Source of the DNA: Schmidtea polychroa
Lineage: Eukaryota
NCBI GenBank assembly: GCA_044892525.1
Contig: CM097887.1
Coordinates: 37,386,001-37,450,000, forward strand
Direction: 5' to 3'
DNA: 64,000 bases
The translations under genes and the position numbers were made by a program. Under the pieces are notes generated by a model. That model was not told the DNA's origin and did no database searches. It saw only the letters and a list, made by a program, of their open reading frames with translations. Shown one piece after another: positions 37,270 through 50,800 of this stretch (within the stretch, counting starts at the first letter, position 1; every line of letters begins with the position of its first letter).

Positions 37270-38060
37270 AAACATTTTGTTTTATGTCGTTAAAGACACG
37301 GGAATGAGAGTGGAAACAAAACCTAATAGAGGTTCTGTTTTGTCTCAAAGCAAAAACTATATGAAGAATTCTACACAGCTACTGGGCGTCCTAATGAAGA
37401 CAGTCCTTATTCCCAGCGTACACAAATACCACAAAACAGTCGTCGACAATCTCCTTCACCTTCCACCAGGAACATGTGATGTTTTCATTTTAAGTTCTGT
37501 AATAAAGCACGGTTCTGAAATTTAGGTTGTAATTGGCGAGAGAGCACCATTGTGTCAGATACTAGACAAATGTATTTACCATGATAGTTTGGCGACAAAG
37601 CCCTCAAATGCATGAAAGGATGCATACGTTTCGTAGAAACAGCCACGTCAAACAAAAAGGGCTAATTACGCAAAAACTTTTAACTTTAGAAATCGCTACT
37701 CAACTTCCAACAGCTCTAGACCCATTTTTATTAGACGCTGAGCGCTAATCTTTTAATGAACCACCTTGACTTTCGAACAAACTCAAATTTCTTATAGTAA
37801 CTGGGTTTAGTCATTCAATCTTGCCAAAGGAATACCTAGTAGATCCCAACTCCACCATCTTTTCACTGGAACTAACAAACGGTAGCGTACTTGAAACATT
37901 AGGGTATTTTTTATCACTTTGTTCGTCTATAAATGAAATTTTTAATTGTAGATGTCATTGTCCCTATTTTAGGTTCTGACTTCTTGTGTGCAAAGGGATT
38001 GCTCGTGGACTGTCATTCCGAAATTCTAAGGACACAGAACCACAGAATTAATTCACTTTC
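37270..38060 (+). mobile_element. Decayed Gypsy (CsRn1-like) gag/protease relic
   Basis: CIYHD.FGDKALKC..GC (CxYHxxFGxxAxKCxxPC knuckle, with a frameshift), FLIVTGFSHSILP and FLIVDVIVPILGSDFL..GLLVD. Confidence 0.6.
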
Positions 38061-38277
38061 TTTACTTGATAAAGCTATTTCACCAAACAAATTTTCAACT
38101 ACTTAAGACAATGGTTCTAACTTACTTTTTTTATTTAATGACTTACTTAAAAATAACTCAACTCAAAACGATTACAAGACCAAAATGGCACATTTACACG
38201 TTTCAACTAGTAACAAAAAGTCAGTATCTGGTACACTCAACTCACGAAATCTTTTGTGATGGGAATGACAGTGAATA

Positions 38278-40264
38278 CACCAAACACCACTGAGATACAT
38301 TCTCTGTAAAGTAATTCACTCACCAATTGGCTTTATTAATCATCATCAATTTGAATACAATGTATGAATTTGATAATGAATGATTTTTGGAAATTTATTT
38401 TAGCCATTTTAGAAATGGCTTTCAGGTAAGATATTTAATTTTAAGTAAAGTTTAAGGCTTGAATTTTGATCCATATGAGATATGAGATCATTATTCAAGT
38501 TCTTAAATATTACTTTTAATCAACAATATAATTATAAATTATTTTTAATTAATTTCCAGGCTTTTTTTAGGAATTTTATGTCATTTATTGTCATTTATGT
38601 CATTTATTTTGGAATTATTTCAAAAAAACGTGAGTCAGATATGTTTTTAATTATAATTAATTAAATAAATAAATCAATCCCCAAAAATATGTATTTTTTT
38701 AAAACATTTTGGGAAAAATCGCCTAGTATGAATAAAATAATTTTTTAAATTTTTGTAATCTTCTTTTCTGAGCTCAATATAAAGGGCTTCTTTCAGGAAA
38801 TCATATCTTGATTGAAACGACATTGATCCAAATCCTTCTGCTCTTGATATTATTTTCCTAATATTAAATTTTATCTTACTAAATATGCTTTCAATTGGAT
38901 TGAGGAATGGGCTGTATGGCGGTAAATGCTCAATAATATTATTTGGCGATAATGCTCCTCCATGAATTGAGGCATTATCATGAATGAATCGATATCCCGT
39001 TTCATTCAATTTCGATGTTATCTCGTAAATAAAGGTTTGGTAGGAATCCTTTTTATAGGATCATATAATTAATTTGTGGTGAATTGGCCCTTTGACGCCT
39101 ATTGCCAGAGCCAAGGACATATTTCGTCCTCTGTTTGTTGGTTCAATTTTGTACAACCTTTCACCTTTTTTGTTTCTTCCCCGTTTCTGGCTTGTCCAGC
39201 TATTAAAGCCACATTCATCGATATATATTAATTTTTTATCTCTCCATCCTTCTTCCAGGAATCGAGTTACAAACTGTAACCTCATTTCCATTACTCGATC
39301 TGAATTACGTTCAGCAACACATGGCCTAATTTCCTTCAATGTTATGAGATGTTTCTTCAAGAAATGAGAAATTGTCGTTTTTGATACGTCGCAGTTTATG
39401 GAAACAAGGTAAATTCTCATTTCTTCAATTGAAGCGTATATGTTTCCCTCAACGAAGTCCAACAATTTGTATCCTTCTTCTTCCGATATTTTTTCTTTGC
39501 TACCACCTATCTTGCCCTTTGACCAATGGCCAAATTTTTTATATTTGTAAACAATGGATTTTATTGAGTTTTTGGATATCCCCATTAATTTCCCGAAGTG
39601 TAAATAATCTTCGCCATTTTCCATGGCATTTATAATTCGGACTTTGTCAATTTCCGAAATACTAAAAAATATTATTTTTTTTTAAATTATAAATAAAATT
39701 TACAATTTATGATCTTTTTTTGCGGTTACAGGCATCGCAGACGTTCCAGCAACATCTTCAACCCTATCAAATAATAAATTTATTATAACTCATAAGAAAT
39801 CTTACAACATCATTCCTTCACCTTCGCGAAATGGGAGAGTTTCTATAGAAATATCTGAAATTCTAAGGAATGTTTAACTTCATTTTAACTGAAAAAATAA
39901 ATCTTACGATGATATTTCGTCATTTTCATGACATTTTAACGTATTTTCATTAAAAATATATTTTAAAAAATTTTCTGCCATCTTTTATTTTCTCAAAATA
40001 GTCTAAAATAGAATTATTATAGGAATGTATCTCAGCGGTGCATTTCGATGAATCAAAAGTTTGTATGTGTTTTTAAGTATGTGTTGTGTTTGTGTGCATT
40101 TTTTTTTCTTCCACTTTTCAGATTTCTATAGTATAAGATGTATCTGATTGCACTCTAAATGAACACATCAAAGTAAAATCAAGGTAAGCATGTATGTATC
40201 TATAATGTAAGATTATTGATTTTTTTGTTATATTATAGGAAATGCATCTCAGTGGCGTTTGATG
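38278..40264 (-). mobile_element. Tc1/IS630-like transposon, 1987 bp, defective transposase
   Basis: 31-bp TIRs (25/31), TA on both sides, and an inner direct-repeat copy near 40014-40045. Transposase motifs IDECGF, HDNASIH, LPPYSPFLNPIE; frameshift near 39060. Confidence 0.88.
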
Positions 40265-41570
40265 TAGCACTCTGGTTTAGAGTAGTTCATATTGAAATTT
40301 TATCTTCCAAATTAAACATCGGTCTTACTAATAATCCATCATACTTTTCTAAATTGATCTCCTGCATTTGCTACTCATCATTTAAAAACATACTTACGGA
40401 TAAACCACAATAATCAGCAACAACATCACCACATCCTCACTCAATCCTTTCAAGGCCCGACAGACAACAACAAGCAAACACGGCGACAAAATTTGGGTTC
40501 GCCAAGTTGGTGAGGATATTTCTCAACCTTCACGACTTGTTTGAGGCTATTCTAATGAGGATTTGACATATCTGATGGAGAAATTCACTGACCAACATTT
40601 CACTGCAACAGAATCAATTATTATTTACTTTTCTTAAAGATACTTTCAAACACATTACAAAATTTTCAAAAAAAGAGTGTCTAATAATTTTTTTACATCG
40701 ACAACAGAATATATGTCATCTAGATAAGCTTCTAGATATATGTTGGATGATGAGGCTTGGTAAATCAACACATTCACTTTAAACAAATACAATAAAACAG
40801 GGCCAAGCAAATACAGACTGAACTTATTTGGCGAACAATAAATAGTTTAAAATAGTTTTTATGACAATCCTTTCAGTCTATAATCAACTCCTTCTGTCTC
40901 AGAAACATTCTACAATCTATTGTATGGGTGTAATTGAACAAAAAACATTTCAATATTGATTTTATTTGTTAAACAATATATTGATATTCATATTTTATTA
41001 ATGTGAGTCTTAATGTACATACCTTTCATCTTTTATAATGTATAGTCCTCATCTTTTATTTATGTATATTAAAGTATTTTTAGAAATTTGGAAAAAACAT
41101 ATTGCTTTTGTTGGGTATTTTGTGCAAGTCGGTAACATGACCTGACTCCTTTGTGTTCTTTTTGAAATTAAGTTAAACAACCCAACACAAAATCTTTATT
41201 TGATACTAATACAATTACACTTTCATTACACTCTTTGTTGACACAACCCCACTTTAAACAACTCTTTTTGCTCTGCACTTTTTAATACCAATGTAAACCT
41301 TGCGCAGGGATTAATCTTTCAACAGGAGATGTCACTTTCTGGTACGCTCAATTCGAAAATATTCAGGTATCGCTAAGTTCAATTTTTCCTTTTAATACTC
41401 TCGCTAAACTATTATTTTAAGTTTTTTCTACCTACTGGAATTTCTATTTACTTGCCGGTCGCATTTATACCTATCTCGTAATTTGATTTTACTGTATCAA
41501 ATTATTTCGGATCCACTAATTTGATTGACACTTTTCAGGTTCTTTCACATCGCTCGCGTTTTCCATTGTC

Positions 41571-41836
41571 TCGAGTTTCCCATTAGCTCGGGCTCTCCAT
41601 AAACTAGAGTTCTCAATTAGCTAATTAATTTTTTAATTAATTTAATTTTTTGTAATTAATTCCTTCTAGGGAGCCCCATTGATTTTATTTTATTATATTT
41701 GAACTCGTCTCATTGTTCGGCATCCGCCCATACCAGTTACCCCCGAATATATTCATTTTTTGTTTTTCTTGGCTTTTAATTAATATTTTTGTACTTTAAA
41801 TTAGCATAGTGAATTTGGTGTTTTTATTGATTTTTA
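41571..41836 (-). repeat. Dispersed repeat, diverged copy of 49886-50126 (possibly the 5' region of a non-LTR element)
   Basis: Shared tcgagtttcc..ctcggg, ttctag.ga.ccc and tttggtgtttttattgattttt blocks, with 18-nt internal periodicity. The element class is uncertain. Confidence 0.45.
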
Positions 41837-42623
41837 ACCTCATTTTTTCTATTTCTCTTGTTGAATCCTACACTCTATTAAAATTTGATTACCATTTTGT
41901 GATAAATGAGAAATATTTAATTTATTTTGTTTGTTTTAAATTGTACTAATATAGTAAAGAGAAATTTAAAGTTAATTTTATTTCATTATATTGAATATAA
42001 TCGTCTGACTAGACTAAAATATATTCAATATCAAAGTTAAGAAAAAATTTCAATATTAAAATGATATACAAATTAAATATGATGGTCTAACGAAACTAAA
42101 ATAAATTGATTTATATGCGTAAAAATAATTACATAAGCGAGCGAGAATGTTATTCAAGCCGCCTTAAAAATCACCCCTAAAGCTTCTAAAGTCTTCTAAA
42201 ATTAATCTCAAGAAGAGTTTAAAACCCGGAACAGACAAAAAGAAGTTCTACATAATTTATCTTTTTTGAAGTAATAAATATAGCATTTGCATAAATATAA
42301 CAATATATAACACACTGCGAAAATTCAGAAATTGTATTTATATAATCAGTTGGATATCGGATACTGTAACCGGTAAAATTTTAAATTTTTATAAATAAAA
42401 GTAGATCCACACAATCTTGTATATATCATTTGAAAAAGACAGTGCCAAAAATTCGTGAATATAAAATAAACATCGATATGTTTATTGATTCATAGTCAAG
42501 TTTTTTAATAAATTGAAAAGAAATCAATATAGTATTCTTAAATATTTTCAATATTTTTGTTTAAAATTAATTAAAAAATTTAATTTTATATGATATTAAA
42601 TTATAATTTTGTAATTATTCCTA

Positions 42624-45309
42624 CAGTCTTCCGCCGAACATAGCGCCTAGGCGTTATGTGTGAATAGAACGTTGTGTGAAAACTCTAAATATGACACACA
42701 ACCAGGTTTTTTTAATGTATCATATAACACAACTGCTTGTTGGGTACTTTACATTAAAAAATAAAAGTTATATACGAAATTCTAATCTGTTGCGATTCAG
42801 ATTTGCTGATTACATTTTTTTGGTTATATTTTTTTATAATTTTCGAAGTAAGCAATGACAATTCAAAATATCATGTTTTGACTTCTTCTACTTTTACTGA
42901 TCTATATATGTTTACGATTTGACAGCACATGAATAAATGTTACTTTATGAAAAAATTTCAAGTTTGTTTTTATAAAATTGTGAGTTTGTTCTAAAAGAAA
43001 TTATAGAAAATTAATACTCTTACAAATTAACCAAAGTGAATGTTTTAGCACGCTATTTCGTAAAGGTAGAATTTTTAATTTTAATTAATAGAAAGATTAT
43101 TTTATGATTTCAGCCATAGCCATAGAATGTCAAATAACCTAAAAAGAAAAAATTATTCAATTAAACATAAATCAAAAATTTTAAATGAATACAATGCCGG
43201 TGTGAAAGGCAGTGGCTGGATGCTATTGTCAAAAAAATACAACATTGATACATCAATTCTTAGGGGATGGCACAATCAAAAAGCACAAATTCAAACTTTA
43301 AACTATCAATTCGTTCAAATAAAAGTTGCACGAAGATTACTTGGTGGTGGACTAAAATTGGAATTTCCTGAAATTGAAAATGAAGTATTGCAATGGGTGC
43401 TTGATAGACATTCTAAGGGCTTAAGGGTTAAAGATAAGTACATTCAATTAAAATCACAAGAAGTTTGTGAACGTTTGAAAATGATAGATACTGAAAACAA
43501 TTTCAAGTGGATTAATTTCAAGCATTCATCAGGGTGGTGTTAGCGATTTAAAAATTGCCATGAGTTAGTATCTCGGCGTCTAACCACAACAAAAAAAATC
43601 TCTGAAAATGTTAATGCTATTGTAAGCAATTTTTTAAAAATAATTCATGCCAAAATTGAGGAACAACAAATAAAAATGTGCAATATCGTAAATTTCGACC
43701 AAGTACCACGATATTTCGAATCTGAACCAAAAACGACTATTATCCAGAAGGGATGCAGAGAATTTTTAATGAGAAAAGTCGGTACCTCACATAAACGTTT
43801 CACAACCACATTATGGATAACTTTGGAGGGTAAATTTTTAAAACCACACGTTCTGTTCTCGAATTTAAAAAAAACTATTGTAAACAAAAAGTGTCTTGTA
43901 GATGTGAATAGAACTGGAATGTTTAACAATGACATCATGAAACAATATATTAAGGAAATTATTTTGTGTAGGCCACAAACCAGTTTAGCTCGTGATCCAG
44001 TATTGCTGATAATGGATTCTTACGGAAGCCATGTAAAATTATATGAATCTAAATATCTGGAAAAATTCAATATTTTTGTTGTGTTAGTGCCTCCGAATTT
44101 GACAGGTCTCCTGCAACCCTTAGACGTTGCAGTAAATCGCAGTTTTCAAGCATAATATAATAATCGATATTATAATATTCATCATACCGAATATTATAAT
44201 ATGCTTGAAAACTGCGATTTACTGCAACGTCTAAGGGTTGCAGGAGACCTGTCAAATTCGGAGGCACTAACACAACAAAAATATATCAGAAGCACTCAAA
44301 AATTCAGAAATGCAAACTCGACAAGAAAATCCTAAAATTCCTAACTATAAAATAGTTAGCGGTTGGGTTGTGGACTATATATCGACAAAGGATTTTATAG
44401 TAAAAGCATTTAAATGTTGCGGAATTGTACCTAAAATAAATTTTAATATTGATGCACTTCATACTACTTTACAAAATATTTTGCAACATACTTTTAATTA
44501 CGATGATTGGATTCATGAAAATGAAGATCTAATTGCTGAAAATTCGAATTTTTTTTTGACAATGAAGATTATGAAGATTGGTTTTATCCAGAGGAAGTGT
44601 CAGCAAGTTTCTTTAGATGTGTTCATCAGATAAAAGGTAATAACAGTTCTTTTTCAATTTTTATGAATAATTACATGCCACAAATAATTTCATATATAAA
44701 AAGTAATCCAGATACATCTGACATTTTAGATGGGCATGACGAAGAACTTATAAGTCGTGGTGAAAATTGTTCTCCATATGCCGAAATTTATGATACTGCC
44801 TTAAAAGAAAATTGTGCATATAAGTAGTAGAAGTGGACGAAAATTGTGTTCAAATTAAAAACTTTACGTATGAAGTAGAGTCTCCAAAAAAATCTATTCT
44901 GTTACTCCGAAACGAAAATTTTTTTGATTTGAATTTAAAAGCATAATTTCTTTATATTTACTTAATTTTATTTCATTACATATATATTTTTTTATGTGAA
45001 AAGTAATGTTTATGTTCCTATATTTAATATTTTTATTTTAATTTAATATATACACATATAGGAGTTAATAATCCTAAAATGGTGTTATTAAAGAGGGGCA
45101 ACATACTGTTGCCAACCCGAATATTTATGTGAATTCTGAAAAGTTATGTGTACGTTATTTTTTTATTAATAAAACTTAATTTCACAAAAAATCTTTTATT
45201 TCAAATATAGTGCCTAGGCGTTCTAAACGGGAAAAAATGCGAAAAATTTAAAACCGAAATAAAAACTTTCCGAATATAACGCCTAGGAGCTATGTTTGAC
45301 GGAAAACTG
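42624..45309 (+). mobile_element. pogo-family transposon, 2686 bp (HTH-psq, CENP-B HTH, DD35D), inactivated
   Basis: 34-bp TIRs (30/34) with TA flanks. ORFs 43127-43543 and 43676-44155 are in the same frame across a premature TAG. Motifs [24 protein letters not shown]. Confidence 0.9.
44070..44284. repeat. Perfect 85-bp inverted duplication inside the pogo transposase
   Basis: 44070-44154 is the exact reverse complement of 44200-44284, with a 45-bp spacer. Both strands encode [23 protein letters not shown]. Confidence 0.92.
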
Positions 45310-45445
45310 TAGTCAAGTTCTTTAATAAATAAAAATATATATATATATATATATATTATATACTTGTTTAAATAATAGTTAATTTAATACATTTTTAAAA
45401 TGTTAGATAAATACGATCATGTTATAATGTAATTTTTTTTAGTAG

Positions 45446-47861
45446 ATTAGACTAATAAAATATTTTAGAATTAAAAATTTAGAAAAAAGTAATAAAGAAA
45501 TAATAAGTTTTGATGCATTTAAAGAAGTTGCTTCTCATAATTTTAACATTTACATGAAAAATAGAATAATATCTATACATTTTCATGACAAAGTTTCTTT
45601 TTTAAATAGTTAAGCATTTTTTTATTATTTGATACAGACTGAAAAATTAGAATATATCATCATTGGATTAATATTGAATCATGAGAGGTTACAAGATCAT
45701 ATTGAAAAAGGTCCTATATTCGGATCTGAGGAGGCTATAGAATTTAAAAATTTATGGGGCGATTTGTCTCAAGTAGTACAAAGAAATGGCCTTGTTCAAG
45801 AAAGCGTTGTATGGCCAGATAAGGGAAATTTAACCTTAAAAATCGTTAACTTTATAATGAAAGAGTAAGGAATTTGGATGTTTTATTTTGATATAATTAC
45901 CTATTTAGAAAATTAGGTTTCCCTCCTCACGGGGAAAAAGGCGGTTGGTACCAGATATATTCTGAGCAATTAAATAAATTTCTCAAACAAATCCGCACCG
46001 TTAAAATTAATAAAAAAGAGAATGTATCCATCCAAGAAGCTTATGATTTACTCAATTCGAATTTGTGTTCATCGACAGCTTCCAAAAGTGTCAAAAAGTT
46101 GCCAGTTCATATAAATGAATTGCGTCCAATCGGTGGCTGGTATAAAAATACAAATATATTCCCAGAAAAATGCATATCAATAAATGGTTTTAATCAAAAT
46201 ATTTTAATTGACCAGATTAATAAAGTTTATTCCGGTAAGTTTAAGAACTATTTGGAATATTAATCATTGCCATTTAGTTGCCCTAATCGTCGAAGCCAAC
46301 AACAAATGGCCGTCCGATATCGATGAGTTTCAAATGATGAAAAAATTGTTCATCGTAAAACTGTCGGATTTATTGTCAAAACATTGCAAAATCTCATCGA
46401 AAGTACTCAAGAATGGGAAAATCGATATTCTAATAAAGGGATTCATTTTCCGATGCTTTCTCGACGTGAAAAAGGAAGCTTTGATTTTAAAACGACTTCA
46501 ATCTGAAACCCAAGTGGAAATTGGTGACAATTTGAAACGCAAACGTAAATCAGTGAGTTTATTGAAAGAAAATTCGAATTCCATGTCGAAACAACTGAGA
46601 GAGTATTTGCTGACTCATGATTGGCTGATGGATATAAATACACGCATTCGGTGTTTGTGTGCGCAATTCGGTCAGGTTTTCATCGACAGTTGCCGATTAG
46701 TGAAGCGCTGGTTGATGAGTCAAGGGATTGAGTTGATTGCAGATGACGATGATCGATTGGGTGACTCATGTCTCAATGGTAACAACGAGTCGACTGAGAG
46801 CCAATTAAACGGTTGGTGTTTCTCAGAATTGGCAATTGAGTTGATTGTTGCCAGAATCTTTATCCACCCGTCAGATGAATATTATGGATTCCCCAGGTGA
46901 ATAATGTCAATGTTACCCCAATGTTCCGATTTATCGATTTCCGAAAATATTTCAGATCTGCCGTTTGTGGATTCATTCGATTTTTGAAACTGATGTCGGA
47001 ATTAGATTGGACCTCGAAACCGCTTGTTGTCAATATCAACGGAGAATTGTCTCACGATCGATTTGAGGAATTATCGAAACCGTTTACCACAAACGAGAAT
47101 CGATTCACCGAGTTGCCAAGTGCCGTCATTCGAACCCCTGTTGATGTATTCGGCAATCATTGGACGACAATTGGACCGAATCGGTTTCTATTGGATATGG
47201 TGAAGAATCTCTCGAAACGAGCTTATTTCTGTTGCGAGCATTTATTGATCTCCCAGCAAGACTTGACGGTAGCAGAAATTCTATTATTTCCCAATATTGA
47301 TTTTCCTCCTATCGTATTCAGCCGCTTTTCTCATTGGATGTTTCGGAATTCGATGTTTTGATACATTTGAAATCGTCAGTGCTGGATCTGTTCCTCGACA
47401 AATCGATCGATGCGACACCTGAGGAAATCAAGCGGATCAGCAAATGGAGAGCCGGAATGAAGAAATCCGATACGAAATTCCAAAGATGGCCGAAGGATTA
47501 CGATGACAATCCCGTGGAAAAGATGACCAATCAAATTCGGGTATGTATTGATTGGTTTATTATTGATCTCTATTTGTGTCTGTGTGTGTCCCCATGTGTG
47601 TGTGTATTGGGTATGTATTGATTGGTTTATTATTGATCTCTATTTGTGTCTGTGTGTGTCCCCATGTGTGTGTGCATATATATCGATTGATGCTCCATTC
47701 AGGCCATTGTTGGCAGTGACGCAATTTGCTTCGTGGACAAATACGGACCGAGATTCATCGGATTGAAATGGCTGAAACGGGAGGTCGATCGGGAATTCCT
47801 ACTCAAATGCATCGCTGCGGACTGCCATAACTTCGTTGCTAAGTGCGAAATTCTTGAATAA
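45446..47861 (+). CDS. NOL6: Nucleolar protein 6 (Utp22/Nrap), 3' half, spliced
   Basis: GPIFGSEEAIEFKNLWG..ESVVW, LPVHI, EANNKWP, SAVCGFIRFLKLMSELDW..PLVVNING, FDVLIHL, DKYGPRFIGLKW. Phase-compatible introns at 45865-45908, 46235-46277, 46897-46955, 47269-47321 and 47541-47702 (probably also 45593-45637). Stop at 47859-61. The start coordinate is tentative. Confidence 0.85.
47539..47674 (+). repeat. 70-nt-period tandem duplication at the start of the last NOL6 intron
   Basis: 47541-47604 is identical to 47611-47674; both are preceded by GG. Confidence 0.9.
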
Positions 47862-50800
47862 ATCAGCAAATGTTTGGCATGTATAAATTTTATGAATAAA
47901 TCTTTGATTGACTTCGTTTGTGATTTTCTCAATAAAATCAATGAATATGGTGCAGTGAGCCAATCGGGACACTGAATGAGAAAATAGGAGAAAATAGCAT
48001 CTCCATTCATATCTAATTGGTTAATTGGTTGTCCTGTTCAAGGCCGGATTATCCAATAGGCACTCTGCTTAGGGCCTACGCAATAAAGACAGGTAAAATT
48101 CATCTACCAGTTTTGCAATCAAATAGCTTGCACAGGTAAAATTCAAAATCAATCACTTTTATAATTAGAAACTGTTTTAGCGCGCAGCACCTCCAACTCC
48201 CCAGCACAGCAAAATTATTTTCAGCGCAGTATATTTAATTCAACCGTTTCATGGCAGTTGTTCCTAGTTCCATCTTCATTTTTCTAAATGTGCTGAATTA
48301 ATTAAATTAAATGTGCTATTTTTTATTTTATTTTCACCTTCCAATTAACATATTTATTATAAAACATTACGAATTTTTGATACTCAATATTATTATGTAG
48401 TTCATTTTGAATATTTAAAAATTTTCAATGTTAATAACCAGATGCATAATAAAGGTATATTTCTGTAGTGTCGTTTTAAAACTCTTACAACCACGTTATA
48501 GCATTTTGACGCTCATTTGTATTTAAAGGCTGCTCAGCGCAGCTGACTTTGCGCGCACTGCTGCTTATGGCTTAGAGGGAACATTGCATAGCAGACTAAA
48601 TTATATACCCGCATATAAGCCGATTCCACAAATTTGATTGATTAAAATGTCAAGAATAGATGACCCGCATATGTCATTATTTGGCTTATCATCATTATTT
48701 ATATATTTGAATATAGAGTCCTCCATCTTTTTTAATGCTTTCTCTTGCTTTTCATTCGTTTTTCAGATCCAGGCTCGAGTTTTCTCTGGTACCCATCAGA
48801 CATGATAAAAAATATTTTTAATTACCAATACTAATTAAATTTTAATCGATTCTTTCTATGTAAGAGTATCCAATCCATTCCACACTGGAATAAAGGAATT
48901 CCTCACGAGAGGCATGCTTTAAGGTTGATACTAATCACAATATATAGAAAATAAACCTAAGGAAAATTATGAGAATATATATCAGATATGGCTTATAGGA
49001 TTTGAGATCTTGTTTACAAAATATAATTTGCATTGGACCAGCGTTGAATCTTGTATTTGGTATCCGATTATTGATTTCGATTTTAATAAAGTATTTAATC
49101 AAACTATTGGTTGTAAATTGAATTAGAGAATTTGAATTGTAAAAATCTTTATGTTGAAAATAACTTAACTATATCGAGTTTAATTGGTTTCAATAGGATT
49201 AGACGTCTTTCCAATATAATTTTCCTACCGAAATTTACACATTCTTGGAAATAAACATGATTAAAAATAACAATTTGATTCACTGGTACATCGAAATAAT
49301 TAGACACAGTTTGGAAAATAAAAACACCATAATTAAATAATAAGATTAATAAAAACCTCATTATTTAATGATTTCTTATGATAAAATACACAATTTTGAA
49401 CTTGAAATCAATCATGACGAATGAATGATAAAGAACAATGTTGAGTTATGATTTTATTAATGTCTGTTAACTCTGACTCCTCGTGATCCAACACAAAACA
49501 ACTTTTTTCAAATTTTAACACAATTGCAATTAGTCATTAGATTTGCATCTTTCTTTCGTAGATATTTATTATCGCAAGGTAGGTTCCCCAAAGGTACGAT
49601 AATTTTTAATTCTCTTTAGCTTTAGTTGAAATTTCTCTTGGAGTTTCGTAAACGTCCTCTGATCAGATATTGTTTTCTTCCACCAACTGGTCACTTGTCT
49701 CCTTTCAGTTTTTTAATTTTATATTTTTCTGAAAGGCGTTTATCTGATATTGGGTAAACATTATTTTCAATCCTACCAATTTAACTTATGTACTCCTAAC
49801 AGGTACTCGGTCGAGTTTGTTTCAAATTCTTTTGATGATTGTTTAATTAGTCGAATCTTAGTGCACTCTGGGTTTTCCTTCTCGTTCGAGTTTCCTTTTG
49901 ACTCGGGTTTCTCATTAGATCGGGTTTTCTATTAACGATTAATTACTTTTTAATTTTTTTGTTATTTTATTTTCTAGAGACCCCTCATTAAATATTTATT
50001 GTTTTTGAATCTCATGATTTAGCGTTCATCCATATCCATTTCCCCGATAAATATTAAATTTCACATTTGTAAAATTTTTTATTAATTTTTGCGCACTTCC
50101 TATTTTGGTGTTTTTATTGATTTTTTGTTATGCTCCGTTTTATTTTATGCTTTTATATATTACCCAAAAATGTGCAAACAAAGAATGTTAAAAAAGTAAC
50201 TTTAAATATTCATGGAAATACATGTTTCAAGCACAACTTCAGCGCATGTGTGGATACATTCGAGAGAGGTTGGAGGTCGGTAAAAAAAAGTGTGAACCGA
50301 TGCATGCAATCAGAAAATTTATCACCTGGTAAGAGAGATTGCATAGTACACCTGATCCAATGGAAACACACTAAATTAAAATCGAGTATAAACAGGTACT
50401 AATTTTGTCAGTAAGTACCCAAGTTCCAAATTATTTTAACTTGGTTACTATTGACCAAAGTTTTGCCAAGTATTTTATGACTAAGTGCTAGTAAATGGTA
50501 AGTTAATTGGTATGTAATGGTAATTGTAAGTAAATATGTTCTATGCAATAAATGTTCAATTTATTTTGTTTTTAATCAATATTTCTAAGGGACATATGAC
50601 TCGAGTTAATTGTCAAACATTCCAAAATTATTATGAAATTTGGCCGAGAGATCGTGTTTCCTTTACCTTTCCTTTATTGTAAGAATCTCTGGTACAGAGT
50701 CAATCATACGGTCGAGAAAAATCCTGTTTGATAATGTCGATTAAATATATTAAAAAATAATAAAAATGATGAAAAATTACTGAGTTTGATTTGACTTACA

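Noticed and set aside
38395-40413. Apparent micro-exon gene family (MAFR.., ECISAVHFDESK, CTLNEHIKVKS) with copies at 59.3 and 61.2 kb
   Set aside because: No reading frame is shared by the copies, and the blocks lie inside TA-flanked TIRs, so they are Tc1 arms. Only the possibility of an antisense transcript was kept.
42050-42200. Possible GIY-YIG endonuclease relic (IYKL...YISERECYSSRLKNH) of a Penelope element
   Set aside because: It needs frameshifts, the catalytic Gly is absent, and there is no adjacent RT or ribozyme; too weak to call.
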